From an uncultured Methanobrevibacter sp. (lineage in GTDB: Archaea > Methanobacteriota > Methanobacteria > Methanobacteriales > Methanobacteriaceae), in assembly GCA_902774685.1 (NCBI GenBank), contig CACYJH010000004.1, forward strand, positions 3,025 to 67,024: DNA of 64,000 nt. Reading direction: 5' to 3'. A program made the position numbers and the translations under genes. The notes below the pieces were generated by a model. That model ran no database searches and was not told where the DNA came from. It saw only the letters and a program-made list of their open reading frames with translations. Below are positions 21,671 to 30,411 of the stretch, one piece after another; position 1 is the first letter of the stretch; the number at the start of each line of letters is the position of its first letter.

Positions 21671-23263
21671 CTACTTAATAAATATTATCTCCATATCAAA
21701 ATCACTTAAAACATCATTGTACTGTTTACGATATATTTCATTATTTTCATCAACAAATTCACTGATTAATTTACTATGTTCTGAATTATCCTCATCAAAT
21801 TCCAGATTATTCTTTTCTTCAAAATCATCAATCATGTCCCCACGAATATTATTAATTTTAGTTTCCAATACACAATTCCCATCTTCATCTTTAATATCAA
21901 GTACATTTTTATTTTTTTCAGTTTCTTTATTTTTTATAATTATTGTCCCATAATCATTTGTAATAACCCCATATTTGATTCCTAATGTAGTAAAATTTAC
22001 AAAATCATCAAATGAAGGGAAATTAGATGTTTTGAATGGATGATTATGAATTACAAATAGGAGTTCTCCTTCTTTACCCGTTTCTTTAATCCAATGGGGA
22101 ATATTTACATTATCTGTTTCCCAATCTCCAAAGCCTAAAAAAGAATTGTTAATATATACCCCCATGAATTCAAAATATACATTAGGTAATTCTTTTCTAA
22201 AATGAGATACAAGATTTGCAATTATCTTTTCATCTCCTTTATCAGCAAAGTTTTTAATTTGATTAATAAAATATTCTTTATCAATTTCAGTTAATTTTTC
22301 TTTAGATACTCTATGTTCATTACCTTTTAATGATGAAGAGAATAATCCCCTTAATGGTAGTTCATAGGCAGGATTGTTAAATAAATGAACAATAATAGGA
22401 TTCTTTGGTGGTTTTCCTTTTGTTTCCCATATGCTTAGGTATGTGCATCTGCAATTAGGGTGGAACGGAGGGAATAATCTTCCTTTAAGTAACTCAATGA
22501 TATTATGAATTTTTTCTTTTCCACGATTCTCAAATATCACATTATCATCATTGAATTCGTAAGCGTAGGATAGGCATGTGTAGCAGACATTACTGTCTTC
22601 AGCAGTTAGTATTTTAACCTCGGTGTATCCTTCGTTTACATATGATTGTAATATTCCTGTATTTTGTACACGACTTATTTCTGTCCGTGCTATCATTACT
22701 GCTCTTTGTGCGGGTGTGAATGTGGATCCTTCTAGTCTTGTGCCTACTGTATCCATTATCTTTGGCGCTACACTCCTTGGATTTTCTCCAGCAATGACTG
22801 ATGAGGTTATAATGTTTCTAATATGATCTCGAGTATCATTGTCCAGTTTTCTTATTAATGCAAAATTATATTCTCTCACAAACTCCAGAGCTAATTTATC
22901 TGTATCTGAGAACTTTATGTGTTCTCTCATTTCAGCGTAACCTTTGGCTTTTCCACGATTATAAACTTCTTGCAGTAAGGCTTCAATGCTAGGATACTTG
23001 TTTTCAAGTATAGTATCCCATTCGTCTTCAAGTGATTGGAATAAACCATACTGATATTCAGCTTCATCATAGAATAGTTGTCTTGCGTCTTCACTGTCCA
23101 ACCATTTGATAGATTCATCAACCTGATTATTTAAGAGATTCATTATGTGGTTGTAGTAACGTAGTGTCCATTCGTCGTTGATTGCCTTAATGGTGAATTC
23201 ATCCCACATTCCCAGTTCATCCATCAGCATATGATTGGTTTTAATTCTTTCCTCTGAAACCAT
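21671..23263 (-). CDS. second MuF/SPP1 gp7-like minor head protein with a C-terminal JAB/MPN-like metalloenzyme domain
   Basis: RAVMIARTE, VCYTC and PPFHPNCRCT MuF motifs; C-terminal E...IHNHP......PSFDD. Confidence 0.85.
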   Translation of the reverse strand: MVSEERIKTNHMLMDELGMWDEFTIKAINDEWTLRYYNHIMNLLNNQVDESIKWLDSEDARQLFYDEAEYQYGLFQSLEDEWDTILENKYPSIEALLQEVYNRGKAKGYAEMREHIKFSDTDKLALEFVREYNFALIRKLDNDTRDHIRNIITSSVIAGENPRSVAPKIMDTVGTRLEGSTFTPAQRAVMIARTEISRVQNTGILQSYVNEGYTEVKILTAEDSNVCYTCLSYAYEFNDDNVIFENRGKEKIHNIIELLKGRLFPPFHPNCRCTYLSIWETKGKPPKNPIIVHLFNNPAYELPLRGLFSSSLKGNEHRVSKEKLTEIDKEYFINQIKNFADKGDEKIIANLVSHFRKELPNVYFEFMGVYINNSFLGFGDWETDNVNIPHWIKETGKEGELLFVIHNHPFKTSNFPSFDDFVNFTTLGIKYGVITNDYGTIIIKNKETEKNKNVLDIKDEDGNCVLETKINNIRGDMIDDFEEKNNLEFDEDNSEHSKLISEFVDENNEIYRKQYNDVLSDFDMEIIFIK

Positions 23264-23285
23264 AAATTTAGGCTCCTTTTAAAAT

Positions 23286-23336
23286 AAAAAAAAGGGGCCA
23301 AACCCCATAACAGTAAATGTTATCAAGCTGGCCCCC
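23286..23336 (-). terminator. GC-rich hairpin plus U-tract after the holin
   Basis: Minus strand GGGGCCAGC..ATAACA-TTTAC-TGTTAT..TGGCCCC-TTTTTTTT. Confidence 0.7.
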
Positions 23337-23379
23337 TAAAATCTTTTACATCCTTTAATTAATTTTTTCCACTTCTTCT

Positions 23380-23721
23380 TTAACATCCATCATCAGAAAC
23401 ATCAGCATTCTCTGCTTCAGCCTCTGAATCATTTGGACTTGTGTATTCATCATTTAGAACTATTCCCCCATCGAGTGGAGCTCCCAATACAGTTGTAGAT
23501 TTTTGAATTGCCAATTCCTCGGCACGTTCAACGCGCTTTTCCTCACTGTATTGGTTGACAAGTGCTGCGGCAATTACAATGATCAATGCAGCATATCCTT
23601 CATATCCTGGAAGGTAACTTGCCAAGGCTTCTGGACTCATGGTTGAAATGTAGGTAAGTGCAGCTATAACAATGGTGACAATTACAGTTACACATCTTGA
23701 TTTGTATTTTAAGCTTTCCAT
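23380..23721 (-). CDS. putative holin
   Basis: Two TM helices and an acidic tail, next to the endolysin. Confidence 0.65.
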   Translation of the reverse strand: MESLKYKSRCVTVIVTIVIAALTYISTMSPEALASYLPGYEGYAALIIVIAAALVNQYSEEKRVERAEELAIQKSTTVLGAPLDGGIVLNDEYTSPNDSEAEAENADVSDDGC

Positions 23722-23745
23722 AAAATCTTTTTCTCCTTAATTTTT

Positions 23746-23922
23746 TTATTGAACATATTCGTTAAGGTCTTCATCAATGAAGATGATCTCACTTTTATCA
23801 GGAATGTCTTTTTCATGGCGTTTGGTGTTTATGTAAGCTTGAAAGCTTATGACAAAACTTGCATCTTTAAAGATACTATGAAAAAAGTTGTTTAATTTTT
23901 GCAATAATCTAAGATAAGTCAT
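23746..23922 (-). CDS. 58-aa hypothetical protein in the lysis cassette (absent from the ORF track)
   Basis: GTGATT SD then MTYLRLLQKLNNFFHSIFKDASFVISFQAY...; fills the endolysin-holin gap. Confidence 0.6.
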   Translation of the reverse strand: MTYLRLLQKLNNFFHSIFKDASFVISFQAYINTKRHEKDIPDKSEIIFIDEDLNEYVQ

Positions 23923-23934
23923 TTTTAATCACAT

Positions 23935-25002
23935 CTATTTTTTGAATTTGAGTATGCATACGCTAGGTTGGGAAATGCCTTTAAGATATGATTCCCAATT
24001 CTTGAAGCTCCTATCTTCAATATATCCTTGGAAACTGCCATCTGCATTTCTTACTCCTAAACTGTTCATGGTTTTTGTAGAGGAAGAATCCAATAATATT
24101 TTCCATATGTCTTCATAATGGCCATAAAGTAGCCTATAAAGATTATGCAATAGCACACCGACATTAGGTTGTGATAGAAGTTTGCCCAGGTTTTTCCATC
24201 TTTCCTTACTTGTTTTTCCCAAATCTGAAAAGTTTTTCCATTCTACAGTAATGTGAACGTTGTATTTTTTGTTCACCATGGCAACGGCAGTATTGATCCC
24301 CTGGTGGGATGTGCCCGCTGAGGTGGTTCCGGCCCATTTTTTAAGTTGAGTTTTGGAAACTTTAATGCCGAATTTTCTTAAGAGTTCCCATAATGCCTGA
24401 ACTCCACAACTTACATTATCTATTTGCCCAAGACAATCTTTTCCTTGCTTTAGACAATGGCCCTCGCTAACAAAAATAGAAGAGTTTTGTTCTTTTTTAC
24501 TGGTTGATGTAGATGATGTTTTGGTAGTTTTTTTAGTTTTAGTGGTGTTTTGTTTTACTGTCAAATCCGACTTATTAAACAAACAATAGTTGGGTAATGT
24601 TTTATTATTTTGATAGTAAGTTAGTATTTTAGCCAAGCAATATGTGAACAGTTCAAAGCTCACCTTTACCTTTGACTTTGTAGTGGTAATGTAAGTTGGA
24701 ACCCTTTTATGTTCATGACAAAAATTGACAAAATTAGTAGTCATTTTCAAGTAATCATCTTTCATCACCTTCTCATTAACTGTATCAGTTAAACGATCAT
24801 TTTTATAAATGATGACTGGACTGAGATTATAAGCATCTGATTTGAATTTATCATTTAATGCAACACTCATCAAATAAGCAGTGGAGTATACGCTTAATTG
24901 GGTATTGTCAAGTGTGCAGGATAAAGGCAATTTCCTGTTTTTTTCAATGAAACTTTTAATCTCTGTTGCTTCTTTAAGAATTAATTTTTTCTTTATCTTC
25001 AT
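23935..25002 (-). CDS. pseudomurein endoisopeptidase (endolysin): pseudomurein-binding repeats plus C39/PeiR-like cysteine peptidase
   Basis: Repeats FIEKNRKLP / FCHEHKRVPTY / YYQNNKTLPNY; GQ..NVSCG, GTTSAGTSHQGI, GHYE and NSLG. Confidence 0.85.
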   Translation of the reverse strand: MKIKKKLILKEATEIKSFIEKNRKLPLSCTLDNTQLSVYSTAYLMSVALNDKFKSDAYNLSPVIIYKNDRLTDTVNEKVMKDDYLKMTTNFVNFCHEHKRVPTYITTTKSKVKVSFELFTYCLAKILTYYQNNKTLPNYCLFNKSDLTVKQNTTKTKKTTKTSSTSTSKKEQNSSIFVSEGHCLKQGKDCLGQIDNVSCGVQALWELLRKFGIKVSKTQLKKWAGTTSAGTSHQGINTAVAMVNKKYNVHITVEWKNFSDLGKTSKERWKNLGKLLSQPNVGVLLHNLYRLLYGHYEDIWKILLDSSSTKTMNSLGVRNADGSFQGYIEDRSFKNWESYLKGISQPSVCILKFKK

Positions 25003-25028
25003 TATAGGATACCTCTAATTTTTTCTTT

Positions 25029-26036
25029 TTAATCCACCATCCATGTAGCATACATATTCATCCAACTGTCTACTTCCATAGTAGTATTCTGTGTTGTACC
25101 ATACCTTGCAAAACCAATTATTCCATTAGGGGCAAATGATAATACCCAAGTATTCTTCCCACTACCTTGCATAACAAATCTTTGAACATGATTAGGTCTG
25201 AATTGACTTGGGAGAGTACCAATAGTTACAGTCTCATTTGTACTAACCAAAGCATGTTGTGGTTTTGCAGTACCCTCAAAATGCACAACCTTACCTACTC
25301 TACGAACTCTTATGCTATTATTTGAATCATAATCTATCCAGTTACTGTTCATCCATTTAGGGTTAACATTCCCATAAACCCAACCAGTATCATAAATACA
25401 ATTTACTTGTATGCTTGCATTTCCTGCACTAAATGTTATTAGTCCTTCAGCATTGCAAGTGACCGTAAACATTAAAATGCCCTTATTGTTCGTTATTCCC
25501 TGGCTTAACGAACTTCCATTCTTATAAATTTCAACATTCTTGTAAGGTATGGGATTCCCCAGTTGATCAGTTAAAGTAGCAGTCAAAGTAACAGAACCAT
25601 TAATATTGACATTATAACTGGAAGCTTCAAGATCAACATCATAATCATTCAATAATGAAACAGTGCCTTCTGCAGAGTCATAAAAATAAAAATGGTCAAG
25701 AACAATGAAAACAGTATCATTATCATAATTCCCATGAACATCCACAGCATATAATATGCATTCTTCCACACCATTCTCGCTTAACCAACCCTCATACGAC
25801 ATGCCGAGAATCTGTAAATCATTATGAACTACAGTTTCAAAATCAATTATAGTGGAACAGGCCTCTAATTTATCGATGACCCCTGTTTTCTTAAATATTT
25901 CTAGAGCAACATCATCAATCCTTTCTTCTACATTATTGATAGCAGAATTCATTTCAGTTGTTAATGGGAACCATCTTTGCATAAAATTTTTAATATTCAC
26001 TAATATTTCATTAGTAGCTGTCATAAAAATAAACAC
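25029..26036 (-). CDS. tail fibre / receptor-binding protein with an Ig-like domain
   Basis: VTLTATLTDQLGNPI Ig-like segment; RRVGKVVHF...IGTLPSQFRP RBP head. Confidence 0.7.
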   Translation of the reverse strand: MFIFMTATNEILVNIKNFMQRWFPLTTEMNSAINNVEERIDDVALEIFKKTGVIDKLEACSTIIDFETVVHNDLQILGMSYEGWLSENGVEECILYAVDVHGNYDNDTVFIVLDHFYFYDSAEGTVSLLNDYDVDLEASSYNVNINGSVTLTATLTDQLGNPIPYKNVEIYKNGSSLSQGITNNKGILMFTVTCNAEGLITFSAGNASIQVNCIYDTGWVYGNVNPKWMNSNWIDYDSNNSIRVRRVGKVVHFEGTAKPQHALVSTNETVTIGTLPSQFRPNHVQRFVMQGSGKNTWVLSFAPNGIIGFARYGTTQNTTMEVDSWMNMYATWMVD

Positions 26037-26080
26037 CTCTTTTGTGTTTGATAAAAAAATAGTTAAAACTTGTTAATTTC

Positions 26081-26833
26081 CTAATATAACCATACAAAAG
26101 TGCCTCTGATATCTCCAGTATAGGATGTGCTTTTGCTAGTTTTTAGAATAATGTCTCCGGCATTATTTACTGCCAATATTGTGTAAGCATCAGAAGGAGA
26201 TGTTCTTTGAGTGCCTGTAAAACGATATTGCTGAGGTATGGCTCCTGAGTGAAGTGTTACGTTTTTGCTAACTGTATAACTTTCACGATAATAAATGAAA
26301 ATTGCCATTCTCAACAAAGGATTGATCTTCAAAGTTCCATAACTGCCTACCTTTTGAGTTTGCCATGTTCCAATAGCAGTTCGGAGATTATCAATCAAGT
26401 TGTTTAAGTCATATCCCTGTTTTGCAGATAAAGCCTCTCCATCTGCATAAATGCTTCTTGTAAGATTATTAATGATTTTTGCATGCCCATACATAGTTTG
26501 ATTGCTTAAACCATACACATTATCTTTTGAAGAATGGTCTGTGGGAGCATATTTATCAAGATGCTCATGCTCTTTTAATGCAAAATCAGTAGACGAATAA
26601 TTGTCTAATGTTTGGGCATTAACACTAATTTTAGATAATGTGGATTCCAAATTATCAATTGAGATGTAAGTCTCATCTAAACCATCAAGCTTAGCTTTCA
26701 AATCATCAAAATCTTTTTTGCTTGTTACTTGTATACTCCCAATATTGTCTCCTTCTTCGGAGTACACAGTAACTTCCGCTCCTATTATCTCATCTTCTTC
26801 AGCATAATAAATTTTTGACTTAAAATCTACCAT
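26081..26833 (-). CDS. tail fibre / receptor-binding protein
   Basis: H.S....YG......YGHAK and ALSAKQG fibre motifs; C-terminal AIPQQYR head. Confidence 0.7.
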   Translation of the reverse strand: MVDFKSKIYYAEEDEIIGAEVTVYSEEGDNIGSIQVTSKKDFDDLKAKLDGLDETYISIDNLESTLSKISVNAQTLDNYSSTDFALKEHEHLDKYAPTDHSSKDNVYGLSNQTMYGHAKIINNLTRSIYADGEALSAKQGYDLNNLIDNLRTAIGTWQTQKVGSYGTLKINPLLRMAIFIYYRESYTVSKNVTLHSGAIPQQYRFTGTQRTSPSDAYTILAVNNAGDIILKTSKSTSYTGDIRGTFVWLY

Positions 26834-26836
26834 AAT

Positions 26837-29332
26837 TCACACCTTATATTCTATATAGTTTGGTTTGATAGTGCATTGATGATTTGTATCATTTCTTATT
26901 GCACGGTAACCTATTGAAATACCTGTATCCTCTAAATTTGGAGTGTAAACCACCTCCAAAGTATCGTTTACTTGTAGAACACTTGATTTATTATCATTAT
27001 TCACGATTGGGAATACAAGTTCTTTGGAATCATAATCCACATTAAAATCAATATCTTCATACAACTCTTTTTCATTATCTGAGTCTTTGTTAATAATCAC
27101 CTGTTTTATAGGGTCTACTGGAGCGCATCTTAGACTTACTCTCCTTGTTTCAACATTAGTTTCATCAATGATAAATTCCTGTTTGAAATAATCAAGTATG
27201 AGTCCTTCTGAAATTAATCCTGTCTCCTCATCAATTGATTGGCCTACCTCTTCCAAGGTTAAATTTTGTAGGAAAACTGGGTTGTATGAGATTCCTAGTG
27301 CTCCTGAAGGAATATTGGTTAAAATTGTTTTATCAAGATTTATGATGTCCTCATCATAATCAACTATGTAATCATACCATTCTCCAAAGCTTACAACTTC
27401 ATCTCCACCACTAGGTTGTAGCAAGCATTCTTGAATTGGATAAGCTGGACTATTATTCAATTTTAAGCCACTGATAATTTGTTTTTCATCATCGGTTCCC
27501 TCATTTTCTAACCCTCCATCAAAACTGAGATAATAAGTTAAAACATTATTATCTATTGTTGTGGTGTAAGGTTTCACATAAACATTATAATTTTTTAATG
27601 ACTCAATTACAGTTGGATTATCAAACAAATATCTTGCTCTGTCATCATCGTCAATTCCCACACCGATGACACTTTCACTGTCCAATATAGGGTTGCCTTC
27701 AGAATCAAGCAATTCAATATAATCAGATAAATCACTTACTGAAATGATAGTGAAATGTTCTGTCACAAGCCTATCTGGGATAATTTCCACTGAAGCATTT
27801 ATGCCAGTATCATTAGGGTTTAATTCAAAGGGAGCAAACACTCTTCCCCAAAGGTTAGCACCTATCATTGGGGATAATTTTGGATTATAGAAATGAGTGC
27901 GAACGTACATTTCTTTTGGCAATTCCGTTTTAAGATCAATGCTCATATTCTCGATACTTGGTGTTTTGCTGCCACTAAGTGTTTTCATTTTAGCACGTAT
28001 GAATAAGATTTGGCTTGTTTCTGTTAAATGTTTCCATTCCCCACTACGAATGCTTGTCCAATCTTCATCTTGTCCAGTTGTGCTGAATTCAAAGTCTAAG
28101 AATTTATCATCTTCATTGTCAGCGACTGTTTCCCCAGTATATTCTCCACTAATTTTAAGTGATTTTATAGGGTTTGCAAGTATTGGTTTTAAGTAGAGGT
28201 AATAATCAGTGCTTGTGTGACGTCCGCTAGTGAATGTGTCAATATGACATTGATAGGCAAAATCTGATGGGGTTAACTGTCCCATTTTATAATCCTTTAC
28301 CTTATCATCGTTACGACCATATCTAATCCAGCTTCTGCCATTGTTTTCAGACAAGAATGCATCACCAGACATGTCTTTTGCTTTTGCACAATTACGGCCC
28401 CAACCCCCAATACGAGGACAATGTTCCCAATGGCTAAGAGGGGATGATATTACAATAGCATAATGTTCATCAGAATTAGCATTTCCCACATCAATGGCCT
28501 TATCAAATAGGAAATTTTGCCAACTAGGATTTGTTTTGCTTGGTTGGTATTTTGCAGTTGCTAATGCATTATGAGGATTGCCTATAGGCCAATATATGTC
28601 TTCATATTGTTTTGGATTGTAAGATTCGCTTTTTTTGAGTTTTTTATTCCATTCTGTTTTTTCAACATGCTTTAATTCTGTTCTGAAAATTTGGACATAC
28701 AAAGGACTGCCCCAATTACTCACAGTAGTGCCGTTATTTTGTATTTGCAGATCTACACTAACAAGTTTACCAATAAGTCCTGCAGGTATTGTTATTGTTT
28801 GTGCTCTACAAATAGCTGGGATTTCATGGTCAAATTCGTCTTTAATCCAATCAGGCCTTATCTGGTAAGATTTGTTTTTATCAAAACCAACATACCAATA
28901 GCTATTGGTTCCTCCGCCCTGATGGTTTCTCACAGTAAAATCTGTGGATTGAACTTCTTCCATTGGAACAACAGCCCTTATATGAGTACCATAATTATCT
29001 ACATATGTCTCAAAAGAACAATCAGATTTATTTTCATCAACAAGATTCATATTTTGGAAATCAACATTGATCTCATCACTTATGCTGTTACTGAAAATAA
29101 CTTTATCCCCATTGCTTATCATATACCCATAAGAGTAATCCTGATTTAATAGAATAGGTGCAAACCTTTTTCTAACTGCTGGAGGGGACAAATATTTCAA
29201 TTGTTCTACTTGTTGTCTTAACCATTCATCATTCATACAGACTTGTTTAGCCCATTGAACCGTAGCATATCCTTGCTCTGAATACGATTTAATTCTATTG
29301 AGATTCTTATAATTTGCAGCACATTTTGACAT
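26837..29332 (-). CDS. large virion (baseplate/tail-associated) structural protein
   Basis: 831 aa, beta-rich, within the baseplate-fibre module. Confidence 0.55.
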   Translation of the reverse strand: MSKCAANYKNLNRIKSYSEQGYATVQWAKQVCMNDEWLRQQVEQLKYLSPPAVRKRFAPILLNQDYSYGYMISNGDKVIFSNSISDEINVDFQNMNLVDENKSDCSFETYVDNYGTHIRAVVPMEEVQSTDFTVRNHQGGGTNSYWYVGFDKNKSYQIRPDWIKDEFDHEIPAICRAQTITIPAGLIGKLVSVDLQIQNNGTTVSNWGSPLYVQIFRTELKHVEKTEWNKKLKKSESYNPKQYEDIYWPIGNPHNALATAKYQPSKTNPSWQNFLFDKAIDVGNANSDEHYAIVISSPLSHWEHCPRIGGWGRNCAKAKDMSGDAFLSENNGRSWIRYGRNDDKVKDYKMGQLTPSDFAYQCHIDTFTSGRHTSTDYYLYLKPILANPIKSLKISGEYTGETVADNEDDKFLDFEFSTTGQDEDWTSIRSGEWKHLTETSQILFIRAKMKTLSGSKTPSIENMSIDLKTELPKEMYVRTHFYNPKLSPMIGANLWGRVFAPFELNPNDTGINASVEIIPDRLVTEHFTIISVSDLSDYIELLDSEGNPILDSESVIGVGIDDDDRARYLFDNPTVIESLKNYNVYVKPYTTTIDNNVLTYYLSFDGGLENEGTDDEKQIISGLKLNNSPAYPIQECLLQPSGGDEVVSFGEWYDYIVDYDEDIINLDKTILTNIPSGALGISYNPVFLQNLTLEEVGQSIDEETGLISEGLILDYFKQEFIIDETNVETRRVSLRCAPVDPIKQVIINKDSDNEKELYEDIDFNVDYDSKELVFPIVNNDNKSSVLQVNDTLEVVYTPNLEDTGISIGYRAIRNDTNHQCTIKPNYIEYKV

Positions 29333-29335
29333 AAA

Positions 29336-30022
29336 TTATTCACCTGTAAGTATTATTATTTCTTCAACAGTAGGTGCAAAATTTGTTGATGTATGAATAT
29401 ACAAGTTTTTAGTGATATTGTTATAGTAGTATGTTGCCTTCTTTTCTTCCACTTCAATTATGCTTTTTGCTCTAGCATATCCATTTTTAGTGTTGTTTTC
29501 GAATACTCCGACAACATTATTCGGTTCAACTAGATAGTATACATTACTTATTCCTGAAACTGGTGCCCATTCAGTATTTCTAATTGCTCCACTGCTTAAT
29601 TCAATGTAATAATCTATTGTTATTTCACCAGTGGTTGCGGTTAAAAAGGAGTCTATGTCATCATAAACATCATGGGTAATTAATATTTCCCCGTTATGAA
29701 CTCCTATTTCCTTAGTGCCTTGGATTTCTTTAGCTTGAAAACTAGCGGATAATTTAATTGTTTTTTTATCTAAATCTACTGTTTTGACACATTTTTTTCG
29801 TATTGTTTCATTGCCAAGGTTGATATCTTTTTTTCTTGGTATGTTAGCACTATTCCCTAGACAAATATATTGTATTGGAGAAAGTTCATTCCCTATTGCT
29901 CTGTTAAGGAAAAAGGATTCTCCGAGGAAAGTGATGATGTTTTGATTATGTAGTGTTATTGTCTTATTTAAGAACATTCCTTGAATGGGAATGTGAATTT
30001 TATAGTTACCTTTAAACATCAT
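29336..30022 (-). CDS. baseplate/fibre-attachment protein
   Basis: NIITFLGE...YICLGNS...KEIGV resembles N-terminal fibre-attachment domains; position. Confidence 0.55.
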   Translation of the reverse strand: MMFKGNYKIHIPIQGMFLNKTITLHNQNIITFLGESFFLNRAIGNELSPIQYICLGNSANIPRKKDINLGNETIRKKCVKTVDLDKKTIKLSASFQAKEIQGTKEIGVHNGEILITHDVYDDIDSFLTATTGEITIDYYIELSSGAIRNTEWAPVSGISNVYYLVEPNNVVGVFENNTKNGYARAKSIIEVEEKKATYYYNNITKNLYIHTSTNFAPTVEEIIILTGE

Positions 30023-30408
30023 ATGAATTTTACCTCCTGCCCATCTACTTTCATTCTTGTATTAATCCTTAAAAAATTAGTTTGATTAATCTGATTATCC
30101 CCTATTTTTAAGTGGATAATCTTGCTTGTGGGCATTAGTTTTTGCAGTCTGATTTGTAAAGATCTAGCAGTTTCCGGTGAGATATTAGATGGAATGTTGT
30201 TATGGTCAAATGTTAAATCATAATTATTTGGGGTCATATATGGTTCTTGGTGGAAAGATTTGCATTCACCATCATATATGGGGAGAGGAATAGTTTCATC
30301 TTCATTAATGATTTCAATATTTTCTTCCCCTTCTCCTTCCAATTCAACATCTTCAGCAGCTTCATTTTCTTCGTATATCTCTTCGAATTCTTCAATATTT
30401 TCTGGCAT
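30019..30408 (-). CDS. hypothetical tail-module protein
   Basis: ORF coupled by ATGA overlap; acidic N-terminus. Confidence 0.55.
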   Translation of the reverse strand: MPENIEEFEEIYEENEAAEDVELEGEGEENIEIINEDETIPLPIYDGECKSFHQEPYMTPNNYDLTFDHNNIPSNISPETARSLQIRLQKLMPTSKIIHLKIGDNQINQTNFLRINTRMKVDGQEVKFI

Positions 30409-30411
30409 TGA

